The notes: generated by a model from the letters alone, not told the origin. A DNA stretch of 43,047 nucleotides from Candidatus Altimarinota bacterium (GCA_031423995.1 JANPGO010000060.1:1-43047), one strand, 5' to 3'. Positions 22,801 to 35,077 are shown, counted from the first letter of the stretch. Made by a program: numbers and translations.

Positions 22801-25643
22801 TATCCATTATTGACAGCATATTGGAACTGATTTCCATTAATAATAACAGAGCCATGAATTGGTTGTGTAAAGCCAGAAAGAGACAAAGTCTGAGCTACAT
22901 ATGGACTATCTGGATCTGTATCATTGGCAAGGACATCGAAGTTGGTAAGTGCCCCTGTGACGGTCATAGAATCATTGACTGCAACAGGTGCATCATTCAC
23001 ACAGTTGACGACGATAGAAGCACTGACAGGATCTGCATAGTTACTATACTGATCATATGCTCGGTACATGAATGTATCTACACCACAGAAATTTGGATTC
23101 GGTATATAGGATGCCGTTCCAGAGATATCGATCGAGAGAGAGCCATTCGGTGGATTGACAAACTGATCAAAAAAGACCGTATCACCAGGATTGTAGTCGA
23201 CTCCAGAAAGTGTTCCAATAATGAGAGGATCGTCCTCGTTTCCAGAGAAGCTCACTGGAAATACCACTGGTGGAGTATTCGTCGTCGTCACATCTACTTG
23301 GTTGATTCGTGAGCCGATCTCGTTCTGCGTGTAGAGATAGGTTGTTGACGTTGCGCCAGTAGGTGGCTCGAAATATATATCTCAGATATTTGAAGCAGGA
23401 ATATTCACGGATCCTGTAACAGTCGTATATGCAAGATTTGTCTGAGTTGAGCCGGTAGCAATCCATGACACATGTGCAAGTGTACCGCTCGGAATAGAAC
23501 CAGAGTCAATTGTCATAGAAACGGTTGGAACCGTCACAAGGTTGGGACTGTTATTCCAGAGAGCAAGACTTGCTGAATGAGCAGGCAGAGAGAGAGAAAG
23601 TGTTGGCCATCCAGTCGTTGCATTCGAAGTATCTACATACTGTGCACAAGGCACTCCTGAGGGACAAGACTGAGAGATTGATGTGCTTCCAGTATTCACG
23701 AGAACGAGCACTTCATTCACATTTGTATTCTTTTGGACGATATTTTTGCGACGGATACTCATCTCATCGATTTCTAGAGGAATATTTTGATTCGAGATTT
23801 CGAGTGCAAACTGTGCATCAGTCGCTGTCGTATTCGCATAAATATAGTATAAAAATGAACGACCAGTACTCATAGAATATGTTTCTGCATTACTATCAGA
23901 GTAGAGTGTAGTTTGGTATCATGCCCTATGGAATGATCATTTTATATTCAGACTTCCTGTCACTGACGATTTCAGGTATCCTGATACTTCATAAACTTGT
24001 CCACCCGTAATAGAAAGTACTGAATTGTTTGTTATATACATGTGACTCGGGGTGCTATCCTGAGGAGCAATCATCATAGATGATCAGCTGTATGATCAAC
24101 TTACTTTTTGTGTAAGAGTTGGAGCGAGTCATGTAGATGTACTGGGAGTCCATCCGGAAACATCAGTCTCAAAGCTCGGATTCGTGAGGAGATTCGCTGT
24201 CACATATGAACCTGTATTCGTATATGGCTTGTATCCGAAAGATTGGAACACATTTGCACTCGGATCAAATGAGGTAATACTTGATTTCGTCGCATATTCC
24301 ATACTTTCTCATCAGAATTTTATACTTCTGATATACGAAGTATCTGGCTTATAGAGTGTGACAAAATTATTCCCAATTGCAGTGATGAGTGAGGCAGTTC
24401 CTGTTCCTGGAGTTTCATCTCGCATCTCGATATATGGATATTCTACGTTGCGTTGGAAGAGAGTATTACTATTCATACTAACATTCGCAACAGTTCCTGG
24501 AGTATTCTGTATCACTAAGATTGAGTTTCTTGGAGCGTTGAGGATAGTATTTGAGTTGATAGCAGTATTTGATGAGTCAATGAGATGAATACCATTATTT
24601 CAAACAAGTGAAGGTATATACTTGATAATATTAGAACTGATATTTACTGAGTCGACTGATGAGAGCCATATGCCATCAGCGCTTGAGTACTCTATGTAAT
24701 TGTTTATGATAGTGGAATTGTAAATTGTTCCTGTATTGTAATTTTGAATCACTCAACAAAGATTGACTGTATTGCCAGCTATACAAGGGAATCAGCCATC
24801 TGGACTATAAAAAATATTATTTTGGATGGTTGTATTTGGACTCATAGCAATAGCAGAATAAAGTGCTCCTCCAAATTTATAAGGAAAAGTATTGCTCTGA
24901 ATAAGATTAATCCCGGTTCATGTCATAAAAATTCCGTAATAATTATATTGAATTATATTATTTTGGATGGTTGAATTACTATTATTGATATTTATTGCAT
25001 CATGAATACGATCATCGAAATTATTATTATCCACAATAACGCTCGTAGAGCTCGTAGAACGAATCCCCGAAATACTATGCGATGAGACTCAGCTAAAGCT
25101 ATTCCCCGAAATAGTAATAGTATCTGTAGAAATGATACGAAGTAAGTCAGTGAGTGTATTCCCACTAAAGCTAAATTGGCTGTTGGTTACATTGATATTA
25201 TTTGAATTATTGACTACTCCCGCACTTCATGAACTCGAGAGGAGTTTTAGGTTGTTAATATTGACGAAATTAGCACTAGAAATACTCATATTCTCAATCT
25301 GAGGTCTATTTGTTGTAGTACATCATGTTCCATAAGAATTATATGTGATAGGTGAACCAAAAATACCTGACTCGAATGAATCAAGCGTTCCTGTCCATGA
25401 TTCTCCACAGAGAAATGATACTGTATCTCCCTGAGAAAAAGTCTGACCATTTACAAATGCAACTGATCGCCAAGGAGTTGCTGGTGAGAGTCAATCATTG
25501 GTATCATTCCCAAGCGTTGCATCGACATAGTATTGCGTCGATGCTGCAAACGTATACTGTATTGTTGGTGCGAGCGTATTTGAGAGAAATGCTGAGAATA
25601 CCAGAGAAGCGAGTATTCGGTAGAATATATTTGTATGTGTCAT
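19812..25643 (-). CDS. Giant secreted/surface protein (~1943 aa): beta-helix, CBM-like region, ~10 cadherin-like/tandem-95 Ig repeats
   Basis: Track fragments 19812-24515 share one frame; signal-like N-terminus, [23 protein letters not shown] opening, Asn-rich strands, ten N-x-[AP]-P-[VIF]-type repeats with YTPxxxYxGxDSF. Confidence 0.88.
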
Positions 25644-25716
25644 ACAAGGAAATTAAAAAGTGTCCTATTGATTAGAACACAATTTGTAATTTTTTGCAAG
25701 AAATGTACTTGACAGA

Positions 25717-26259
25717 TTAAAAATCTGTATCATTTATTGTCTTAATTCCATAGATCACATAGTCTGCCGGGGTGAGTTTTTCTACATTAATTCATGCCTT
25801 CTGACAGACAAGAGCAAAATAATTGGCGGGAAGGGAATCGAGATTCACCATCCGTGGAAGAATGATGGCAAGTTTTCCAAGGTTCTGAGAAAGAAAAATA
25901 ATGCCTTCCTCTCGAGTATTAAGCTCATCGAGTGTACGCAGGACTCGGCGATCTTGCGCTGTGAATCGATCGACTCGGATATGTATATCTGAGAGCTTCT
26001 CAGGATTCTGGATTTCGAGAGAAAATCTCTCATCCTTGAGGCAGAGAAGGGTATTATCGATACACTCATAGAGTGTATTCTCCTTCTTGCATTGGATCCT
26101 CCCACTCGAGGCAATCACTTTTCCTTCGTAGTAGAGCGTGACAAAAACTGACATTTTTGTCTTCGTATGTTCGAGGAGGGAAGTATCAATATCCGAAAGT
26201 GTGATGATGCGTTTTTCTCGGAGATAGATTTCGAGCGTTTTTTGTACGAGTTCGTGCAT
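25717..26259 (-). CDS. AMMECR1-domain protein
   Basis: SVFVTLYYEGKVIASSG, DERF, EGII, AIILP, CQKAGI. Confidence 0.8.
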
Positions 26260-26265
26260 AGAATT

Positions 26266-27033
26266 TTATTTATGGAATTGTGTTAGAATCGCTGTCGCCT
26301 CCTTCTCCAGTTCTTTCTCATCCATCTCGATCCGAGCAAAGATCGACCCAATCGGATCATATCCAGTCACGGTATAGCTCTGATAGTAGGCATAGCTTAT
26401 ACCATGAGATACAAGTGCACCGACCGTCTGAGCGATGATGACGAGCCCAAGAAGGAGAAAAAGAGCATTCGATGAACTCGAGAGCAAACTATAGGCAAGT
26501 GCCGCGATGATCGACGAGAAAAGAAAGCTCGCTATACTTCCATAGAGGATGAGGAGCGCATATCGATACTGCGCGATAATCCCGATAATGAGCTGAAGTG
26601 CGAAGGTATTCACGAGTACATGGAGAGCAAATGCGAGAAGCACAATAGATGGCTCGGGAAAAATGCTCGTCAGGATGAGATATACTGGTGCAAAGAAAAT
26701 ATAGAGAACCAGTGACATGATAGCAACCTGAGATATCGAGGTTCGACCACGAGTATAGATATCAGGAAATATCCGTGAAAGGAGGAAATAGTAGAGGAGA
26801 TTCCCCGCTGAGAGTCAGAAAAACGTGATCATCGCAAGGAGAATCGGTGAGGCTCCACTCTCGAGAGAAAATTTCCCGATCGAGAGATATGATGCAAGGA
26901 GGATAATAACCCCAGATACAACAGAGATAACAAATGCTGATATAACAGTCATTCCCACTCCTATAGCATCGTACTTGGGTGGAGTGAGATAGTCTTCTGC
27001 AGAGTTACTCATGGGTGTGTCGATATCAGGCAT
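26266..27033 (-). CDS. Multi-pass membrane protein (255 aa)
   Basis: Two in-frame fragments joined by TGA; about 7 hydrophobic segments. Confidence 0.75.
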
Positions 27034-27583
27034 AGTAGGCAAGGATGATAAATGCAACTCCAATAGAGATGAATATATCTGCAAAGTTCAGGATTGCAAA
27101 ATATTTCACTGCAATGAAGTCGACCACGTGTCCTACAAAGATGCGTTCATAGGCATGTGACAGGGCTCATGCGAGGATCAGAATATATCCGATATCAAGA
27201 AGTTTCGATTTTTTCGAGAAATCGACTCGTAAATACTGATAGAGGAGCCCTCCGATCAAGAAGAGCGTAACTAACTGGAGAAAGATTCAACGGACAGGGA
27301 GGGAGAATGCAACTCAGGAATTGTATGAGAGCTGGAATCCGAGATACGCTCCCAGAATCGGCGAATAAGAATCTTTGTAAACTTGATCATAAAAATCAGC
27401 TCCAGTTCGTACGTCTTGCGAACAGGATCATATGAGTCTTCCATCTCATAATCCATCAGGAACGAGATACGGAGATGAAGCATGGCAATATTGCTCCCAA
27501 GCAATATGATCGAAATAATACTTCGATCCCATGTCGAGACCAATACATACAAGAAATATGCAAATAAGGGTAATTATGCGCAT
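27005..27583 (-). CDS. lspA: Lipoprotein signal peptidase II
   Basis: LDMGSK, YNSGVAFS, GALSHAYERIFVGHVVDFI, LNFADIFISIG. Confidence 0.88.
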
Positions 27584-27987
27584 TACATGAAGTATTTATA
27601 TGTCTGGAACATTACGAGAGCAATAATAACAGTCAACACTGTTCCCCATGTTGTATCGATCGCAACCATATTCCAACTCCACCCCCTCATCACACTCATC
27701 GAGGTGAGTTCATAGGTCATATAGGCTCAGAATCCGAAAAGAGCAGACTTCTCGATAACTTGCATGAGAGAAGCTTTTGACTCAACTCCTGGAATGACAA
27801 CCAGAAGGAGAAGCACGAGTATATAGAGTAAGTAGAAAGCAATTGCAGCAAGGAAGTTCATATCTGTATTGAGATATGTGGGAATATACTTCCGAAATGT
27901 CGGCAGGATCACGAAATAGATCATGACGCCATCGAGAACGAGAAGTGTCACGATTCACGAGATGTAGGAGAGAAGGGGAGCGAGCAT
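27583..27987 (-). CDS. DUF2177-family membrane protein
   Basis: LLVLDG, AAIAFYLLY, ALFGFGAYMTYELT, WSWNMVAIDTTWG. Confidence 0.85.
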
Positions 27988-27998
27988 GGGAGAAAAGA

Positions 27999-28325
27999 TT
28001 AATGGTGAATTGATAGTTGTGAATTATTTTGTATCCAGTTTTCATATTTCTCATTTGCACTTACTTCGGCAAGTCGGATAATACACGGAGTATTGTATTT
28101 ATGAGACGACTCGATCATGGATTTCACACTTTTCCAGTTCTCTGTTCGAGTCTTGTAGATCGTGACGATCTCATCATTTTTCGTGAGTCTCCCTTCCCAC
28201 CAGTACATACTCTCGATGGGGAAGAAATTCGCACAAGCAATGAGATGAGCATTCAGGAGATCAGCAGTGATCCTGATCGCTTCAGGTTTCGATGGATGTG
28301 TCACGTAGAGAAGGAGGAAGGGCAT
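27999..28325 (-). CDS. cutA: Divalent-cation tolerance protein CutA
   Basis: LYVTHPS..EA, LIACAN, SMYWWEG, KT, HKYNTPCI. Confidence 0.92.
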   Translation of the reverse strand: MPFLLLYVTHPSKPEAIRITADLLNAHLIACANFFPIESMYWWEGRLTKNDEIVTIYKTRTENWKSVKSMIESSHKYNTPCIIRLAEVSANEKYENWIQNNSQLSIHH

Positions 28326-28326
28326 A

Positions 28327-28938
28327 TTATTTCTGGTTATGAAATATCCAAGTAATTTTATCAAGCGCATCTGGATAGGTGAGTTCTATGATTTTCCTGA
28401 TTTGTGACTCCACGTCAAGAAAATAGGGATCAAGAAAGTTCACGATGCGATCAGCTTTTTCTCCGAACTTTCAACTATAGAAAAATATTTCTTCTTCAGG
28501 AAAATATCCCAGCCTCCAGAGATACGTCGCCGCTGCAAGTATAGGACACGAGTATTCTATGCCACTCGGGAGATATCTACAGAGTATGAATTCCATTTCT
28601 GATGCATACCTCTCGGTACTCACCTGTAGCCATATACCCTTCGAGTTCTCACGAAATGAAGCATTTTTCTTGTCAATCTTCTTCAGAAGCTTCTCTGCTA
28701 TAATGGAGAATGATTTTTCAGAGTATACATTGTCTGGCTTGATCTGAAGTCGATCAATCCAAGAATGTATAGTTAACGTATTGATGGAAGTGTCGTAGAG
28801 GTCATCTACAAGTACTCCGAGAGAAACTCTGTCCTTATTAGCAAAGTAGGTAATCAATTCTTTCGATGAATTCACTGAAGCAATAATATCATTTGGATTC
28901 AGATTCGGCGTGATATGTGCATATTCTATATGAATCAT
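28327..28938 (-). CDS. Hypothetical protein (203 aa)
   Basis: Open through TGA 28471 to TAA 28327; HIEYAH, VLVDD and YSCPILAAATYLWRLG motifs, family not recognised. Confidence 0.7.
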
Positions 28939-28944
28939 ATGATA

Positions 28945-29337
28945 TTAATGGTTAGTACTAGATTCCTTCTCGAGTCTTTCTTTCTGCATTTTTTTCACTG
29001 CATACCAATCCCCGTTATTCGAACCATCGCCATTGAGTCGCTCAGAGAATTTGGTCCAGCATCGTTCGAATACTTTTGCTTTCGAGATTTTCCCTTCATG
29101 TTCGAGATTCTCGAGGAGACAGATATAGTCCCAGAATATATCTCCGAGTTCATCTTCGAGAAAGACTCGATCTCATGACTTGAGCTCCGCTTTCATTTCT
29201 CGTATCTCATCCTCGATTCACCGAACGAATGTCTCACTTCCCTCATAGAATTCGCTATATCCAGAGTCTCCGTTTTTCATGAGCTCTGGAATTCGTGCTT
29301 CTGCGAGAATGATGATTTTTTGGATGGTGGGAAGCAT
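28945..29337 (-). CDS. MazG-like nucleotide pyrophosphohydrolase
   Basis: IEDEIREMKAEL...LEDELGDIFW, then VFERCWTKFSER...W. Confidence 0.82.
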
Positions 29338-29402
29338 GTATTGGATGGTAATAGTTTCCGTCGTCCTGAGTGAAATGTCATTTCGAGCGAATCCATGGGT
29401 TT

Positions 29403-29771
29403 CTGTCATTCCTGCGTATGCAGGAATCCAGGGTATTATTGGGTTATTTCGTTGAATAAATCATTCCATTCAGGATTATTTGCTTCTATTTTATTGAGTT
29501 TATATTCTCGTTTCCATTTTTTCATCCTCTTTTCAGTAGTAATTGCATCATATATATTCTGAAAAGATTCATACCATACAAGTATATTCACGTTATATCT
29601 TTTTGTAAATCATTCATTCAATTTCTCTTTATGTTCTAGTATTCTCCGAATCAAGTTATCTGTCACTCCGATATAGAGTGTTCCATTTCTCTGACTTGCG
29701 AGTATGTACACATAGTATGTATTCATAGGAATGCGTTAATGACTGGATTCCTGCATACGCAGGAATGACAG
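29403..29771. mobile_element. Minimal GIY-YIG element bounded by perfect 29-bp inverted repeats
   Basis: CTGTCATTCCTGCGTATGCAGGAATCCAG(29403-29431) and its exact reverse complement (29743-29771); each copy is itself a hairpin. Confidence 0.8.
29436..29726 (-). CDS. Small GIY-YIG nuclease (96 aa)
   Basis: [30 protein letters not shown]...GFTKRY...[17 protein letters not shown]...NPEWNDL; missing from the ORF track because of one TGA. Confidence 0.93.
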
Positions 29772-29776
29772 GCAAG

Positions 29777-30976
29777 TTACAGAAACACTCTTTTTGCCTT
29801 CTTTTTTCCCATTTCTATTAAAATAAATTCATTTCATTCAGGACGAATCATGAACTTGGGATCAGTTACTGTCTCTCAATTAATACGAACACTTCATCAA
29901 TGTAATGCATTTCTGGCATCTCACATAGTTCAACAAAATCCCATATGGCATAGTAAGTTAACTATTGGAGTTCATGTAAATGGAAGAATTCCTCCTCCCA
30001 TATCTCTGTATAGACTGTATTCAAATATTTCCACATTTGATATATCATTCGCATCATATAGCTTCCCATGATACATCGTCACGATGCGTTGTGCGAGTTC
30101 TTTTTTGAGGACATTCGGATGTTCACCTCATTCGAGACGCTTCTTGATGACTTCAACTTCCTCGAGGGTGGCATCAGTCGCGAGTTCGAAATACTTCACG
30201 ATGAGATCATCAGAAATATTGATGAGTTTCTGGTACATACTCTGCGGAGCCTCATCGATGGCGACGGTATTTGGACTCGTTTTCGACATCTTCTTGCCAT
30301 CAGAACCGACAAGGAGATCGAAGGTCATGATATCCTGCTTCGGGAGCCTATGTGCGTCCATGAGCGTACGACCAGCGAGGAGATTGAAGTACTGATCATT
30401 GCCGCCAAGTTCGACATCACAGGCACCGTATTTCTTCGCGATGGCAACAGAATCATATCCCTGCATGATCGGGTAGAGGAATTCCTGGAGAGATATACGG
30501 ATACCTCACTTGTAGCGCTTCGAGAAATTATCCCGATCGAGCATCTCGGCAACAGAGAAATTCTTGGCAAGCTCACCGACAGAGGCGAAGTTCACGGCAT
30601 CAAGTCATTCGCTATTCCAGTAGACCTCAGTCTTCTCGAGATCGAGGACCTTCGCGAACTTCTGGAGGAAGATCTCTGCATTGTGACGAGTCTCTTCTCG
30701 TCTGAGCATAGGACGCTCAGCATCTTTATCAGATGCATCACCGACCTGTGCGGTGGCATCACCTATGGTGAGGACGATCGTATGACCGAGGGATTGGAAT
30801 GCCTTCAGTTTCAGTATTGGCACCATATGCCCGATATGGACAATAGTTCCAGAGGGATCGATCCCGAATTTCACGACGAGCTTGTCACCGCGTTCGAGAC
30901 GCTTTGTTAGATTGACTTCATCGATGACGCGAGAAGTACCTTTATGGAGGAGATTGTGGATGGAAGAATTTGTCAT
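29777..30976 (-). CDS. tyrS: Tyrosine-tRNA ligase (399 aa)
   Basis: KFGIDPSG, HIGH, MQGYDS, GGNDQYFN, KMSKT, C-terminal S4 domain. Confidence 0.97.
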
Positions 30977-30998
30977 AGATTAATTTTTAAACAATTTT

Positions 30999-31610
30999 TT
31001 ACGGATAAAATCGATTCGATATTTTTGATTTTTCTGACTCAGTAGTTTCAGAAAAATATGCATAGACATTTCATTTTTCTACTGAGAATTTCTTGAAACA
31101 ACCACTTGGTCAATCACATTTGCTACTTAACTTTCTGAAATCAGAATAACTAAAAACTGGATAGTACTTCTTCGATTTCATATCTACAATTCACATATTT
31201 TCCCCTCATCATCCAAGAACTCATCACCAGATTAGGTAGTATCTCCTATCCCCAATCGAGGAAACATAAACAGAGATATTGTTAGTATCTTCATGTGAAA
31301 TATATGCTATTTTATTTGCTTTTTTGGATGAACATGAATACCGGAAAATAATATTATCAACTCATTGAATTCATGAAGAAGAGAGAGTGACGCTGTAGAA
31401 GAGTGTAGTATATTGCTTGAGAAATCAGTGAACTTTTGCCTCAGATCAACTCCACCTTGCTTCGAGAAGGTCGTAGTCAGGATGAGACTCTCAGAAAGTA
31501 TATTCTCCATCATTCATACGACAAGCCTCAGACTTGGAGAGTATTCTCTCAGAAGCAAAAAGTAAACCTGGGATTATAAAGAACAGTGGAATGAGAAAAA
31601 GTTTATTCAT
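30999..31610 (-). CDS. Secreted hypothetical protein (203 aa)
   Basis: Signal peptide MNKLFLIPLFFIIPGLLFA; open frame with many TGA. Confidence 0.7.
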
Positions 31611-31616
31611 ATAACT

Positions 31617-32336
31617 TTAGAAACTGATTGTTTTCTTTGATTTCTGGGACGGAGTGAGGACTATATTTCCTGCAGCATTCTCGGTGTAGGGTGTGTAACT
31701 GATATCGATATTGCGATTGCGGATCTTGAATCCATCGATTCTGATCGATGCACCGCCATGATCCTGGAAAGTACATTCGTCAAACAGGGAAGTGATGACT
31801 CCTCATTTATAGAGAAGAATCGATCTTTCGCAAGGGGAACCGATATTTCTCACGAGTGTGATGAGATTCCCATCACGCGTTGTTTGGAAGGTCAGTGCAT
31901 TATTGATGATCGCATGAGAGAATTTCTTTGTTCGAATATCGTAGATAGATATACGATTCCCATCGGTGGATGGACCGAGAAAGAGGATATACCGAGCACG
32001 AATGAGCTGTGTCTGAAGGACGAGACAGGAACGCAAGTATTCACGACCGATGATATCCTTGGTGCGGTTCGATGGGATAGTATTGTGAAGAGAATTGTAG
32101 CAATCTGGATCTTCATCAGGTCAGTGAGGGAGGAGCTCAGTCGCGAATTCCGAATTCACATAACTCTTGATGAGGATACGATTGTAGAAGAGATCCGTAT
32201 ATGTCTCAGTCTGAGCAATCTCTATGCCCTTCAGAAGTGGCTTCTTGTAGAGACGAAATTCATCGAATCCTCCTCCATCCGCATAGGAAATCATAGGAAG
32301 GATACAGAGGAGAGAGATGAGGAGAAATCGTTTCAT
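31617..32336 (-). CDS. Secreted hypothetical protein (239 aa)
   Basis: Signal peptide MKRFLLISLLCILPMISYA; in-frame fragments joined by two TGA. Confidence 0.75.
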
Positions 32337-32354
32337 AGGAATTTCGAGAGAGAA

Positions 32355-33020
32355 TTATCCAATCTTTTTGAGTTTTTTGGTCGTGAATTGGTATTGGTAT
32401 CGAGAATAGAATGACTCTTCTGTATCTGTATGATACTCTTCTATATCGAACTGGATGCGACCATCCTCGAGTGCCCTGTACATGCTCCGCCCGACACAGA
32501 GAGTACTACTCGATTTAGGTAGAGCGACCATTCGATCGAGACGCATGCGTGCAATCCTCGTCATATCGAGGAGATCATCAGGACCGGTCGTACAAGTATT
32601 GCGATCATAGCCGACAAGGGAATATGAGAGGTAGTTTCCGAGGATCCAGTTGAGCTTGCCAAAGGCAGTCCCTCCAAAAGAACGAACTTGAGGATAGAAC
32701 TTCACCTTCGACCGACTACAGTCATACGATGCGAGATAGGAACCATCATTTCTGAGGATCGCACCAGGGATTTCTGGATTATTTCCATTTTTTCGATAGG
32801 CATCGAGGGTTGCCTGATCTGGGAAGACATGGATGAAGTAGTAGAGAAACCCGTCTTTTTTCAGGAATTCATCGACTCTCACGAACTTTCCTGGCCAGAG
32901 AATATAGACTTCATTCTGATGAATTCCTTCGGGATAGGCACAGGCATCTTGCTTCGAGAGACTGCTTGCGAAGGAAAGGGTAGGGAAGATGATGCAGAGT
33001 AAAACAAGAATTATTTTCAT
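32355..33020 (-). CDS. Secreted hypothetical protein (221 aa)
   Basis: Signal peptide MKIILVLLCIIFPTLSFA; uninterrupted ORF. Confidence 0.8.
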   Translation of the reverse strand: MKIILVLLCIIFPTLSFASSLSKQDACAYPEGIHQNEVYILWPGKFVRVDEFLKKDGFLYYFIHVFPDQATLDAYRKNGNNPEIPGAILRNDGSYLASYDCSRSKVKFYPQVRSFGGTAFGKLNWILGNYLSYSLVGYDRNTCTTGPDDLLDMTRIARMRLDRMVALPKSSSTLCVGRSMYRALEDGRIQFDIEEYHTDTEESFYSRYQYQFTTKKLKKIG

Positions 33021-33064
33021 AAGAAGGTATCAGACAGTAGTTATCAGTTATCAGATTGGTATTT

Positions 33065-33709
33065 TTATCTATATAGTTCACGATATGGATTCACATAACG
33101 GATAAATGAGTTAAATACTGGCCTATTAAGACTAAAATATTCAGAATTATAGCTATAGTTCAATCAATTACTTAACATTAAATCAGTATGCTCAGAAAAA
33201 TCTTCAAATCTTGTAAATACTTTTGTGACTGACAACTTATCTCCTACATTAATTTTTATCATTTCATTATCGATTTTTATAGAACTTCATGTAAAAACAC
33301 AGTTGGGATCAAGTGAAAGATTTTGAAAATCAGATGGGTTTTCTACTTTAGAATGATAAAAATCATATAGACAATATGCTTCAATACGACTACTAAAACA
33401 CACAGAATCTTTATAACAAAAGCCATTTTTTATAACCTCAATATTTTCTCACTTGAGGATAGGAGTAAAGTAAGGTATATTAGTAATATATTTGTTAAAA
33501 GTAAATCAAACTACTGAAAGTAAAAAAATACTGATGATCCAAATTCTTGATGATTTTCATTTTAAAAAAAATCAAATAAATCAAAGGATAAGTATAGCAT
33601 ATCTATCTTCAAAAAAAATCAATATTTCACTCTCACTAACAGAAAATGAGAGACGGATTATTCCATATATTATAGCAATACGAAAAAAAATAAGTATTAT
33701 TGATTTCAT
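33065..33709 (-). CDS. AT-rich hypothetical membrane protein (214 aa)
   Basis: Open frame with UGA=Gly; about three N-terminal TM segments and a Cys-containing soluble domain. Confidence 0.65.
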
Positions 33710-33718
33710 TTTAATACT

Positions 33719-34339
33719 TTACAATACCTTATCAATAAGCCCATACTTCAGTGCATCCTCGGCAGTCATATAGTTATCACGGTCACAGTCCTTGCGGACG
33801 GTGTCGATTTTTTGTCCTGAATGCGTCGCGAGGATCTTATAGAGGACTTCTCCCGTCTTGATGATATGATCGGCGGCGATCTTGATATCGATTGCCTGTC
33901 CTTCCATGCCCCCAAGTGGCTGATGGATCATGATCTCTGAGTGTTTCAGTGCATAGCGCTTTCATTTTGCACCACCTGCGAGGATGATCGATCCCATCGA
34001 GGCTGCCAGCCCGACACAGACAGTGACGACATCAGGCTTTACGTGTTGCATCGTATCGTAGATCGCGAGCCCTGCTGTGACATGTCCTCCAGGAGAGTTC
34101 ACGTACATGGTGATAGGAGCCTTCGGATCGGACTTCTCGAGGTAGAGGAGCTGGGCGATGACGGTATTCGCGACATTGGAGTCGATCGCATCTCCGAGAA
34201 ATATAATACGGTCCTCGAGAAGTCTCGAGTAGATATCATAGGCTCGCTCCTGACCACCGACCTTATCGATAATGGTCGGGACGAGGAAGTCAGAGATAAT
34301 TTTCGATTTTTTTCCTTTTGTTTGGACTTTCTTGGACAT
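33719..34339 (-). CDS. clpP: ATP-dependent Clp protease proteolytic subunit
   Basis: [47 protein letters not shown]. Confidence 0.98.
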
Positions 34340-34404
34340 ATGTGAGATGAGGTTAGGAGACTTTTGTAGTATACGAGAATTTCTATTTTTGCAATCGAAA
34401 AATA

Positions 34405-34432
34405 TTGCAAATGGCCTATCAAATCCTATAAT
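34405..34432 (+). promoter_or_regulatory. sigma70 promoter, divergent from clpP
   Basis: TTGCAA-16 nt-TATAAT; the opposite-strand clpP promoter is TTGCAA(34394-34389)-15 nt-TATACT(34373-34368). Confidence 0.7.
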
Positions 34433-34468
34433 CTTTCTGCTTGTTTAATTTTCTTACTTTTTTCGATT

Positions 34469-35077
34469 ATGAAAAGTTTTTCTAGTTTCGTATTGATTGC
34501 CCTGTGTACTCTCGGGAGTATAGTACTCGTCTCCGCTGAGTGAGGAAATATGTGAGGCGGACAGATGGGAAGATGAATGCAGTCGGGTGAAAATGGTGGA
34601 TGAATGATGAAAAAGGGACAAAAAATGGAAGGTGGAATGATGGGAAGTGGAGCCGTACGACCAAAGATGGGAAGTGGCATGATGATGCCTCGTGATGGGA
34701 TGAAGGGAGGGAAGTCTCAGTCTGGGACAACTGTTCTCACCTCTGAGCAACTCACGTGTCTGCGAACTGCAGTTGCGAAGAGAGAATCAGCACTCATGGG
34801 AGAGGTCACAATGATGAATAGCACTATCAGTTCTGCGTTCATGACTCGTGCAACTGCACTCGACAGTGCCTACCAGGTATCTGACAAAGAAGCTCGAAAG
34901 ACTTCCGTCGATACAGCTTGGTCGATATTCAAATCCAGTACTGATATAGCAAGAAAGACTGGTCAGGATACACAGAAATCTACGTGGGATACGTTCAAGA
35001 CAGATACAAAAGCATGTAATGTCTGAGGGGCTGATACTGATGGCAATAAACCGATGATGATGGAAATGGCTCAATAA
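34469..35077 (+). CDS. Secreted Met/Gly-rich protein with helical C-terminal domain (202 aa)
   Basis: Signal peptide, GGMM low-complexity tract, helical domain bounded by two Cys (LTCLRTAVAKRE...FKTDTKAC). Confidence 0.8.
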
